64,000 bases of DNA from an uncultured Candidatus Saccharibacteria bacterium. GTDB taxonomy: Bacteria; Patescibacteriota; Minisyncoccia; Phycocordibacterales; JAKAEA01. The stretch lies in assembly GCA_964577595.1 (NCBI GenBank), contig CAZNZK010000001.1:208144-272143 (forward strand), written 5' to 3'. The notes under the pieces were generated by a model, which worked only from the letters and a program-made list of their open reading frames with translations, made no database searches and had not been told where the DNA came from. This document shows positions 1-7,831 of the stretch, piece by piece. Both the position numbers and the translations under genes were made by a program. Every line of letters starts with the position of its first letter. Position 1 is the stretch's first letter.

Positions 1-2
1 CG

Positions 3-497
3 TGCCCCAGCAAAACACCCCGGAATAGTAGTAGTGTTAGTTGAACACGGCGCACCGGTCATGGAATTGAAGAGCGCTCCGGCTGGGCAATTTGGATTGA
101 ACGTAGAAGAAGTAGTTTGGCTTGAAGTACAAGGATATGAGGCGTTGAGTTGCGAGCGTGTAGCCGCGCCAACATAGCCAGTGCCATAGGAGAGACCATA
201 AGGAGCAAGAATGGCAGAAGCATGAGACTGTTGATAGCCAGTCACAGCAGAAGCGTCAGTGTCAGAGAAAGCGGTTCCTTGCACTACAGCCGATGCCGGC
301 AATAATCCTTGAGAAGCAAGAACTTGGCGGAGGGCATACACGTCTGCCGTACTGCCCTGTCGGCCAACACCGATATTAGAGCTGAATGTATAACAGAAGC
401 CAGATGGCAAGCTGTAGGTGCTTTGAGCACTGGCAACTGGCGCAATCATTGCTATCATTCCGGTGATAGCGAGCAAACTAACAAGTATCTTTTTCAT
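3..497 (-). CDS. Secreted peptidoglycan-binding-domain-like protein (3' end runs off the window)
   Basis: Not in the ORF track. Manual translation from ATG at 497: MKKILVSLLAITGMIAMIAPVASAQSTYSLPSGFCYTFSSNIGVGRQGSTADVYALRQVLASQG...AVTGYQQSH...GTGYVGAATRSQLN. Signal peptide plus a PG_binding_1-like pattern; open to the window edge. Confidence 0.7.
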   Translation of the reverse strand, partial: MKKILVSLLAITGMIAMIAPVASAQSTYSLPSGFCYTFSSNIGVGRQGSTADVYALRQVLASQGLLPASAVVQGTAFSDTDASAVTGYQQSHASAILAPYGLSYGTGYVGAATRSQLNASYPCTSSQTTSSTFNPNCPAGALFNSMTGAPCSTNTTTIPGCFAGA

Positions 498-583
498 TGA
501 TAATGAGGTTATTAAAAACTGTTTAGTAATGGTGCAACTATACCATTATCACCCCCCCCCGCAACAAGTTACTAACACCGTCA

Positions 584-891
584 AGAAATACGGTTCCGGC
601 CGCTCTGGTAAGCCCGCAGCGGTTTCGGGCTTATACCGAGGATACTGTCGCGTCCCGCGTCATAGTGGCATTGAAGCCCTGCTCCATAGGACTTTCTGGC
701 TTCTCTATCATTTCCTTTCCCAAAAGAAAGGAAATCTACCATAGCACCAGAAAGCGCTATGGACTAGCATTAAAGGATTCAATGCGACTATGCGCGAAGG
801 ACGCGCTACTGTTCCCTCTTAATGAGAAGCTGAAACCGCTGCGGGCTTTTGTGAGAAGTGGTATAGCATAAGCGGCCGGAACGGTATTTCT
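584..891. repeat. Long nested imperfect inverted repeat (~310-nt rod-like hairpin)
   Basis: Pairings: 584-604/871-891 (20/21), 610-626/832-848 (17/17), 649-675/778-805 (imperfect), 683-689/757-763, 692-699/747-754, apex 710-719/726-735 with a 6-nt loop. Confidence 0.9.
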
Positions 892-908
892 GGTATGATA
901 TATGCGTC

Positions 909-1760
909 ATGGACACTCTTACCTCTTGGCTCAAAAATCGCTATGATGCCGTCTTACAAAGTGGCTCGGAATCTCAGTTCTACCAAAACGTCCACCAGTA
1001 TATTGACTTCATCGTAAAGACTCCCGCTCTAGCGAAAATCATTGACGCGAGCGAACAAGAATATGCTCAAAAACATTTAGATATTAACGGCACCACAAAA
1101 TCCACGACCGACAAGGAGGCCGACGAAAAAGAGGAACAAGTTCACCGTCTTGAACGATTTTCTCTGTATGCGGCCGATTACGCTTTACTATACGGCCGAA
1201 TTTATCTTTATATCGAAGAGTATAAAAACAACACCGAGCCTGATGAACGGCCCTACCCTGCCGCCATTGTCATGCTTCGTGGCATTAACGGTATTACAAC
1301 CAAGCTCTGGAGTAAAAAGATTATCAATCAATATGGTCGGTGGTATACCGGAAAGCGGAAGGAGTATGAATCACGTCTCCGACAATTTCATGGCGCTTTC
1401 ATCGCTGAATTAGAGAAAACGTCGGGAAAAATGGGAAAACCAGCAATTTCTTTTGACGCGCAAGAGAGCCTTCTAAAAATCGGTGATAAGACCGTTAGTA
1501 TGACCCTCAAGAATGATAAAACCAATGCTCATTATGTTCTTGAATACCTATTTGAGAATACGGAAGGGTTAAAAACCAAGTCCTACTATAGCGATATCAT
1601 TGAAAAGAAGTTTCCCTTAGAAAACCTCAGGCCCACGTCTATGCGCCGTGCCTGCGAAGACATCAATAAAAAAGTTAGCGAACAAGCATCAATCAGCAAT
1701 TTTCTGATAATAAAATCAGGAAAAACTGGCTTCACACAAATAAATCCCGATTATTTGTAA
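909..1760 (+). CDS. Hypothetical protein with possible C-terminal winged-helix DNA-binding domain
   Basis: 283-aa ORF. The C-terminal ~100 aa (ISFDAQESLLKIGDKTV...YVLEYLF...SMRRACEDINKKV...GFTQINP) loosely follow the OmpR-type wHTH layout. Confidence 0.55.
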   Translation: MDTLTSWLKNRYDAVLQSGSESQFYQNVHQYIDFIVKTPALAKIIDASEQEYAQKHLDINGTTKSTTDKEADEKEEQVHRLERFSLYAADYALLYGRIYLYIEEYKNNTEPDERPYPAAIVMLRGINGITTKLWSKKIINQYGRWYTGKRKEYESRLRQFHGAFIAELEKTSGKMGKPAISFDAQESLLKIGDKTVSMTLKNDKTNAHYVLEYLFENTEGLKTKSYYSDIIEKKFPLENLRPTSMRRACEDINKKVSEQASISNFLIIKSGKTGFTQINPDYL

Positions 1761-1801
1761 TTCGTACCCGTACGATACGGTAACGGGAAAGGCATACCAT
1801 C

Positions 1802-1829
1802 AGCTCGCACAAACAACGTGCGAGCTTTT
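1802..1829 (+). terminator. Hairpin with T-tract (terminator or origin element)
   Basis: AGCTCGCAC-aaacaac-GTGCGAGCT followed by TTT, just after the 909..1760 stop. Confidence 0.5.
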
Positions 1830-1831
1830 GT

Positions 1832-2062
1832 ATGTCCACATTTAGCCAACCCCTAGTCGAAAAATGCATAGAATATTTCCACCGTGTTCACCACACGGAT
1901 ATTTCCGCTGATACAGCTAACGAATATCTGCGCTCCTTTGCCAAACTCTACCTGGCTTTCAATAGACCAAACGGCAGAGGCACCGCCCGACACTTTAGTG
2001 GCGGCGAGGCCTCGCCGGTGACGATAACAGACAAAACCACCCTAGGTGTTAGTAACACCTAG
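1832..2062 (+). CDS. Small hypothetical protein upstream of rep
   Basis: 76-aa ORF, co-oriented within the element; helical-looking N-terminal half (FSQPLVEKCIEYF...ISADTANEYLRSFAKLY). Confidence 0.55.
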   Translation: MSTFSQPLVEKCIEYFHRVHHTDISADTANEYLRSFAKLYLAFNRPNGRGTARHFSGGEASPVTITDKTTLGVSNT

Positions 2063-2063
2063 G
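2041..2063. promoter_or_regulatory. Candidate double-strand origin (nick-site) hairpin
   Basis: Perfect 10-bp inverted repeat CCTAGGTGTT-agt-AACACCTAGG immediately 5' of rep. Confidence 0.45.
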
Positions 2064-2073
2064 ATACGTTGCA

Positions 2074-3126
2074 ATGTGCATCATGATAGACACTATTAAA
2101 TTCTTAATTCCCATGACTGATCATGCCTTAATTGATCAACTCAAAAACACCCTCATGCGTTTTCGCAAAGACGACCTCAAAACCGGCAAAATGGAATTTG
2201 AATTTTTCAGCAGCAATATTGAGCTAGGGTCATATCACAGAACGGTTGCGATTAAAGCCACCGAAAATCCGGTTGGATTTTTCATTGAGTTTTCCGCTCC
2301 CAAATATGCTAAAGGTAATAATGTGGAAATGATATACCCGCATGAACTACCGAAAATTATGGCGCAACTCTACGAAGAATTATGCACCCACATGAATCAC
2401 AAGCTCTCCGACTTTAACCTCTGGCCAGTCTATCGTCTTGATATCTGCTACAACTGGATTTTAAAAGATGAAAATGAGGCCACCTACGCAATGGATTTTC
2501 TCCGCCGGATAGATTACCCTCGCAAGAAAAAATACACCTACGATACCTCGGTCATGTTTAAAGGTTCCGCGTATACCATTAAGTTTTACGCCAAAGGCCC
2601 AGAATTTCAAGTCCACGATTTCAAGAAACTGGAATTTGAACGTGCCGCCTCTTTGCAATTATGGGCGAATAGAATTGTCCGGTTTGAAGTCAACCTAAAA
2701 CACGCCTATCTCCGGCAATTCTTCCTCTCAGACAAGATATTTTTAAATGACGTCATTGGCGACGACACCATACTTGAAATTCTGCAGTATTACCTCACTG
2801 AAAAAGTCTTTAAATATCTCAACACTAACGCTATGACTGACGAGTCAATCAAGCAAATTTTATTCAATAACTTCACAAAAATGAAAGCTACTAGACTTTA
2901 CCAATTTTACAAAGACTTTTATTTTAATGACGAAATGAAAAGCCTGTTTCTGCAAGGCGGCTTAAACCGAAGCACCATATACCGCTACAAGACTGATCTA
3001 AAGCGTGTCGGTATTGGTATTTCCATTGAGAGGCTACCCGAAACCAAAAACATTTTAGAGAAACTGGTCATTCCATCTACCGATACTCGCTTTGATCTTC
3101 TTGATTATCAAATTTTAGAAGCGTAA
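2074..3126 (+). CDS. Phage/plasmid replication initiation protein, gene II/X (Phage_CRI/Rep_trans-like) family
   Basis: Motifs MIDTI, EFSAPKY..GNNV, RLDIC.N, TSV.F, IKFYAKG (catalytic Tyr candidate), IVRFEV; C-terminal HTH-like RSTIYRYK.DL. True start may be 2083. Confidence 0.8.
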   Translation: MCIMIDTIKFLIPMTDHALIDQLKNTLMRFRKDDLKTGKMEFEFFSSNIELGSYHRTVAIKATENPVGFFIEFSAPKYAKGNNVEMIYPHELPKIMAQLYEELCTHMNHKLSDFNLWPVYRLDICYNWILKDENEATYAMDFLRRIDYPRKKKYTYDTSVMFKGSAYTIKFYAKGPEFQVHDFKKLEFERAASLQLWANRIVRFEVNLKHAYLRQFFLSDKIFLNDVIGDDTILEILQYYLTEKVFKYLNTNAMTDESIKQILFNNFTKMKATRLYQFYKDFYFNDEMKSLFLQGGLNRSTIYRYKTDLKRVGIGISIERLPETKNILEKLVIPSTDTRFDLLDYQILEA

Positions 3127-3136
3127 AATACCAACC

Positions 3137-4618
3137 ATGAAATATATTCTCTATTGTAGAAAATCCACTGATACTGAAGACAAACAGGTTCTTTCGCTGG
3201 AATCCCAGGAAAATGATATGACTCGATTAGCTTCCGCCAACAATCTGGAAATCGTTTCGGTATTGAAAGAAAGCAAATCAGCTAAAGAACCGGGCCGGCC
3301 TATCTTTAACAGCATGATCCAAATGATCACTGCCGGCAAAGCTGATGCTATTCTCTGTTGGAAAATTGACCGCCTGGCTCGTAACCCCGTTGATGGCGGA
3401 CAAATCCAATGGCTTCTTCAGAAAAACAAAATTCAATGTATTCGCACTTTTGAGAAAAGCTATTTCCCCAACGACAATGTCATCTTAATGGGCATCGAGC
3501 AAGCTATGGCTAATCAGTACATTCGTGACCTCAGTACCAACGTCAAGCGCGGTAACCGAGCAAAACTGGAAAAAGGCCAATGGCCAAATCGTCCACCTTT
3601 TGGATATGACAATGACCGATTAAACAAAACAATTATCGTCGATCAAGACAAGGTAAAATATTTAGTCCGAGCTTTCGAACTCTATGCAACCGGCAGTTAT
3701 GGTTTCAGAGACATAGCTAAAATTCTCTACGACGAAGGACTCCGCACAAAATCCGGCAAAAAGTTTTTCTCCGGCAACATTCACAACTTCATTGACAATC
3801 CTTTCTACTGCGGCCTCATGCGCGCGAACGACAAACTATACAACGGAACTCACACGCCGTTAATTTCAAAAGAGCTTTTTGATCAAACCCAAGACGTCTT
3901 ACACAACCGAAACCGGCCACGGCCAAAAAACCATTTCTTCCCACTCCGAGGATTTATGACCTGCGAAAACTGTGGTTGTGCCCTCACTGCCTCAAAGAAA
4001 AAAGGCCACGACTATTACTACTGCACCAACAGTAAAGGTGGTTGTAGCGAACACAAAACCTACTTGCGAGAAAATACACTCTACCCAATCGTCGCTTCCC
4101 TGTTTACAAAACTCAATATTGACGAGGAAGCTATTGAATTGCTATACCAAGCGGCTAAAGAAGAAACCGAGCACCAGACCGATTACTCCGATACCACTCT
4201 GGCCACCCTCAAAAACCGTTTAAACGCCCTTACAGCCAAAGAAAGTAAGCTTCTTGATGCATTCCTCGCTGAACATATTTCGCAAGAGATATACGACGCT
4301 AAAGCCCTTGAGATACAAAATGAAAAAACCGTTCTTGCAAAGCAAATAGCCGATACCGAACAAAAACAGAAAAACATCGTCGCCACCTTGGAACCGACAA
4401 AACAAGTCTTTTTACGCGCAAGTAGAGCCAAAAAAGATTTTTTGAAAGGCGATGATGCAAAAAAGCGAGAGATAGTAGAAACGATACTTTGGAACCTTTC
4501 CATGAAGAACCAAAAAATGGCCAACTACAAGTTTAAAAGTCCTTACGCGAGCTTCCTAAAACTGTCAAAAAAGCCGACTTTTTCAGAACTGTGGGCGGTA
4601 GAAGATTCGAACTCCTGA
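3137..4618 (+). CDS. Large serine recombinase (resolvase + recombinase + zinc-ribbon domains)
   Basis: YCRKST catalytic Ser, SAK..GRP.F, DRLARN, PPFGY, NPFYCG, H.PLIS..LF, CENCG...YYYC..C, coiled-coil tail. Confidence 0.95.
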   Translation: MKYILYCRKSTDTEDKQVLSLESQENDMTRLASANNLEIVSVLKESKSAKEPGRPIFNSMIQMITAGKADAILCWKIDRLARNPVDGGQIQWLLQKNKIQCIRTFEKSYFPNDNVILMGIEQAMANQYIRDLSTNVKRGNRAKLEKGQWPNRPPFGYDNDRLNKTIIVDQDKVKYLVRAFELYATGSYGFRDIAKILYDEGLRTKSGKKFFSGNIHNFIDNPFYCGLMRANDKLYNGTHTPLISKELFDQTQDVLHNRNRPRPKNHFFPLRGFMTCENCGCALTASKKKGHDYYYCTNSKGGCSEHKTYLRENTLYPIVASLFTKLNIDEEAIELLYQAAKEETEHQTDYSDTTLATLKNRLNALTAKESKLLDAFLAEHISQEIYDAKALEIQNEKTVLAKQIADTEQKQKNIVATLEPTKQVFLRASRAKKDFLKGDDAKKREIVETILWNLSMKNQKMANYKFKSPYASFLKLSKKPTFSELWAVEDSNS

Positions 4619-4665
4619 CCTCTCCCGTGTGAGGGGAGCGCTCTAACCAACTGAGCTAACCGCCC
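4592..4665 (-). tRNA. tRNA-Val(CAC)
   Basis: GGGCGGTTAGCTCAGTTGGTTAGAGCGCTCCCCTCACACGGGAGAGGTCAGGAGTTCGAATCTTCTACCGCCCA forms a full cloverleaf with anticodon CAC; CCA not encoded. Confidence 0.95.
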
Positions 4666-4687
4666 AGGATTTTCGGAAAAAAGTATA

Positions 4688-4942
4688 TTAAGCCACCAAA
4701 GATTCTGGGTCAAATTCCGGCTCTGCGTCGCGCTCAGGTTTTCTCGGGCCTTTTACTGGCAAGAGACCGGCCAGCCGCTCTAGGTCTTTGTTGGTAGTCG
4801 CGGTTGCTTTCATTTTTGCCAAAACTCTGTTTAAGTGAATTTCATCATATTTTGCGCCCTCGTCCAAATACTCTTTATAGTGAACCAAAAACTCCGGGGA
4901 ATAGCCTTCAAACGCTGACACTGGTTGATTATTTTTTTCCAT
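4688..4942 (-). CDS. Small hypothetical protein
   Basis: ORF 4688..4978; likely start MEKNNQ at 4942. Confidence 0.5.
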   Translation of the reverse strand: MEKNNQPVSAFEGYSPEFLVHYKEYLDEGAKYDEIHLNRVLAKMKATATTNKDLERLAGLLPVKGPRKPERDAEPEFDPESLVA

Positions 4943-5057
4943 ATGTAGTAAGTATACCCTACTAAATAACGATAACAAGACAATAAAAAACGGCGCCTCC
5001 TTTGCGCCGGTTCTTTTAAAATGGATGGAATTGACTACTCACGGGGGGGGTGGTTGC

Positions 5058-5303
5058 TTAAGAACGTCGGGAAGGCTTCGGCGAACCGGCGAGCGTGCGC
5101 TCGATGAACTTTTCGAAGTTGCCTCCGAGCACATCCTGCGACCGGTGAAAAAGTTCCGGGATATTGGCACCCTTGCCGAAACATCCAAGAAACGCTTCCA
5201 CTTGGCCAGGCGGGACGGTGCCCCGGGCCTCATTGAGGAGGGCCCTCAATTCTTTTGCCGGATCTTCAATTGGATTTCGACGAGGCGCAACACGTACCAA
5301 CAT
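5058..5303 (-). CDS. Small hypothetical protein
   Basis: 81 aa; GGAG SD upstream, sigma70-like promoter at 5368-5395 and a downstream hairpin near 4985-5015. Confidence 0.5.
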   Translation of the reverse strand: MLVRVAPRRNPIEDPAKELRALLNEARGTVPPGQVEAFLGCFGKGANIPELFHRSQDVLGGNFEKFIERTLAGSPKPSRRS

Positions 5304-5367
5304 TGAAAAACTCCATTATTAGAGTTGTGTATTTTGTTCCGATTCCAATCGGAACATCCGGGTAAGA

Positions 5368-5395
5368 ATTATATGCTTTTTGACCGAAAAGTCAA
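5368..5395 (-). promoter_or_regulatory. Sigma70-type promoter
   Basis: TTGACT-16 nt-TATAAT on the minus strand. Confidence 0.55.
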
Positions 5396-5463
5396 GTGGC
5401 AGAGAGGGGGCAAGGCGAGATTGAATAATACAGCCCAAACTACATAAAAGTGGTGCCTCGTTG

Positions 5464-5536
5464 TGGACCCTACCGGGATCGAACCGGTCGCCTCATCCAT
5501 GCCATGGATGCGCTCTACCAAATGAGCTAAGGGCCC
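5464..5536 (-). tRNA. tRNA-Ala(GGC)
   Basis: GGGCCCTTAGCTCATTTGGTAGAGCGCATCCATGGCATGGATGAGGCGACCGGTTCGATCCCGGTAGGGTCCA; anticodon GGC and G3-U70 pair. Confidence 0.95.
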
Positions 5537-5567
5537 GCTGTGTGAATTAATTTACACTATTTCCGAG

Positions 5568-6074
5568 CTATTTGCCAGCCGTTGGCGCTTCTACAGAAAT
5601 GAGTTGGACCTGGAATGTTAATGTGGCATTGGCCGGAATAATGTATTTACCCGTAGAAGGATTTTTCACGCCTTGGGCACCATAGGCGTCGGCGGGCGGA
5701 ATGACAAGGGTTCTTGATTCCCCCACTTTCATGCCGAGAATGCCCTTATCCCAACCAGGAATAACCTGGCCAGCACCAAGCACAAAACTAAATGGCTGAC
5801 CGTGACTGGCGGAACTGTCAAAAACCGTGCCATCAGCAAGAGTGCCGGTGTAATTAAGGGTGACGGTGTCGCCGGCGGCGGCTACGGTAGTATTGCCGGC
5901 TGTGGCGGCGGTTGTAGCCTGGGAAACTGCGGGGGTACTTGGGTTGTTAGGATTAGTGGCTGAAGGCGCAACTGGTGAACCGGTGTAGGTCATAAGAATA
6001 ATAATAAGGATAATAATGGCGATGCTAGAACCAAGGGTCCACCATTCGGCGGAAGTGATTGATTTAGGTTGCAT
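5568..6074 (-). CDS. Membrane-anchored FKBP-type peptidyl-prolyl cis-trans isomerase
   Basis: YTGTLADGTVFDSS...PFSFVLGAGQVIPGWDKGILGMKVGE.R.LVIPP..AYG; N-terminal TM helix. Confidence 0.93.
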   Translation of the reverse strand: MQPKSITSAEWWTLGSSIAIIILIIILMTYTGSPVAPSATNPNNPSTPAVSQATTAATAGNTTVAAAGDTVTLNYTGTLADGTVFDSSASHGQPFSFVLGAGQVIPGWDKGILGMKVGESRTLVIPPADAYGAQGVKNPSTGKYIIPANATLTFQVQLISVEAPTAGK

Positions 6075-6137
6075 AGAGAAATAGTATACCTCACGGGTAT
6101 ACACACCGCAACTATATTTTTATAGTATACTTACCCC

Positions 6138-6890
6138 ATGGATGAACGACCCGCACAAGAAAAAAAAGTAGTTAATAAGCCAGACAAATTTCTCGGCCTG
6201 ACGCCAATGACCCTCCATCAAATTGAGGAGGAAAATAAAAAACGCCAATCACTCATTAACGATGAAATCAGTCGGGGTTTTAATCTTATTAAAAACCAGC
6301 CTAAATCGGTGACTTTTTTTGGCTCGGCCCGTTTTCCCGAAGAACATGAATACTATTTGAAGGCGCGACGCATTGCTCGGGCTTTGGCCGAACGCGGCTA
6401 CGCCGTGGTTTCCGGTGGCGGCCCGGGTATTATGGAAGCGGCCAACCGTGGCGCCTTTGAGGTTAACGGCCGGAGTATTGGCTTTACTATTGAGCTTCCT
6501 CACGAGCAAAACCGCAACCCCTACGTTACCGACAGTACCGATTTTTACTATTTCTTCACCCGCAAGGTTATGCTGACGTTTGCCGCCGAAGCCTACCTTG
6601 TTTTTCCGGGCGGTTTCGGCACACTCAATGAGGCCTTTGAGATTTTAACGCTGGTACAGACAAACAAAGTGGAGCGTGTGCCCATCATTCTCGTCGGCAG
6701 TGAATTCTGGAAACCATTTCAAAAATTCTGTGAGGAAGTCCTGCTAAAAAGATATACCACCATCGACAACCAAGACATGAACTTGTTTAAGATTTGCGAT
6801 GATGAAGCAGAGATTTTAAAGATTGTCGAAGCGACCCCGGTACGTGCCGGCGTTCGCCTGCCTGCCGACTGGCCAATGAAGGACGTTTAG
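6138..6890 (+). CDS. LOG family (TIGR00730) Rossmann-fold protein
   Basis: FGSAR, SGGGPGIMEAANRGA, PGGFGTLNE motifs. Confidence 0.92.
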   Translation: MDERPAQEKKVVNKPDKFLGLTPMTLHQIEEENKKRQSLINDEISRGFNLIKNQPKSVTFFGSARFPEEHEYYLKARRIARALAERGYAVVSGGGPGIMEAANRGAFEVNGRSIGFTIELPHEQNRNPYVTDSTDFYYFFTRKVMLTFAAEAYLVFPGGFGTLNEAFEILTLVQTNKVERVPIILVGSEFWKPFQKFCEEVLLKRYTTIDNQDMNLFKICDDEAEILKIVEATPVRAGVRLPADWPMKDV

Positions 6891-6914
6891 TCGGGGTGTG
6901 CGTGATTTTCAAAT

Positions 6915-6954
6915 AAAAAAAGACGCGCGACCTCGAATGAGGGGCGCGCGTCTG
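6915..6954. terminator. Intrinsic terminator between convergent genes
   Basis: A-tract followed by AGACGCGCG...CGCGCGTCT stem. Confidence 0.55.
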
Positions 6955-6990
6955 CAGAATGGTGGCTGGAATTATTGGCTCCTGAATACG

Positions 6991-7704
6991 TTAGGCAGAA
7001 ACAAGGTCAGATCCCACTATCGACTTAAGCTTCGTGGCAATATCCACGTGAATACGAATTTGGCTGGCATGGCCATACACGATAAAGTGATACACCTTGT
7101 TCCTCCAGTCTCTGGCGGCATCACGGCGAGCCTGCTCCAAAAACAGCTTGGTTCTGCTAAAATATTCTACCAGCCTAATGTCAATCAGCGCCCGCATTTC
7201 TTCGCGATTTTTAACAGGCTTTTCCGGCCGCCGCAACGGACTGTCCGAGGGCAAATGCATGAGCTTCTGCAGGCGGTTCCAAGCACGGTTCGTGAGAATA
7301 GACCTGGCCTCCTCGTCGTTTCCGGGATGCCCGGTGAAAAGCGTGATTTCTATGACGATCAGCTTGTCGAAGCCGCGCCCAAACAGGCAGTTTCTAAGCG
7401 CTTCATACTGGCCAAGCGTGCGAGGAAAACCGTCGCTTACAAAACGCGGCAAGGAATCCTGCTGGACAGCCGAAAAAGCATCCATGAAAATCCTGGTCGT
7501 GGTGGCATCGCTGACAAGCTTGCCGGAATGCTGGGCCATCCGAATTTCTTCAGCACAAGGATCACCATTGCGGGCAGCCGCCGTCAGTAAGGGACCCATC
7601 GAGGCGGCACGTTGGAAACCGCGCATGAAAGGAATCTTCGGCAACAGTTCCATCTGGTCACCCTTTCCAACTCCAGGTTCCCCACCGAGAATAACGGCAA
7701 TCAT
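6991..7704 (-). CDS. Divergent adenylate kinase / NMP kinase family protein
   Basis: MIAVILGGEPGVGKGDQ P-loop, SMG.LL, GKLVSD, SDGFPRT..Q motifs; C-terminal half diverged. Confidence 0.7.
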   Translation of the reverse strand: MIAVILGGEPGVGKGDQMELLPKIPFMRGFQRAASMGPLLTAAARNGDPCAEEIRMAQHSGKLVSDATTTRIFMDAFSAVQQDSLPRFVSDGFPRTLGQYEALRNCLFGRGFDKLIVIEITLFTGHPGNDEEARSILTNRAWNRLQKLMHLPSDSPLRRPEKPVKNREEMRALIDIRLVEYFSRTKLFLEQARRDAARDWRNKVYHFIVYGHASQIRIHVDIATKLKSIVGSDLVSA

Positions 7705-7831
7705 AAGCACTCTACCTTCCTTGGAAAAAGGACAAAAAAATAACAGCTCCGACAACGCGCCGGGGCTGTTGCTAAATATAATATAACCCACTTAATAGGA
7801 TAAATCAAGCTTCTGCAGTATACTTCTATGT

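Larger units (their letters stand above)
584..4618 (+). mobile_element. Putative integrative rolling-circle element (Rep + large serine recombinase) at tRNA-Val; left boundary not identified
   Basis: Co-oriented Rep and serine recombinase; recombinase overlaps the tRNA 3' end; several hairpins; visibly AT-richer than the flanking genes. Confidence 0.7.

Noticed and set aside
551-560. Poly-C tract as a phase-variation switch
   Set aside because: It lies beside a -10-like element of the minus-strand gene, but a single sequence gives no evidence of length variation.
309-871. Plus-strand ORFs 309..500, 463..744 and 665..871
   Set aside because: They overlap the better-supported minus-strand gene or the structured non-coding region and show no recognisable protein features.
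584-891. Retron msr-msd or DGR template
   Set aside because: No reverse transcriptase motifs were recognised in any ORF in the window.
909-4618. Complete inovirus prophage
   Set aside because: No Zot/pI ATPase or small hydrophobic coat genes between the hairpin and the tRNA; cannot be excluded left of the window.
6898-7786. Plus-strand ORFs of 230 and 229 aa
   Set aside because: They are antisense to the Adk-like gene, which has the recognisable motifs.
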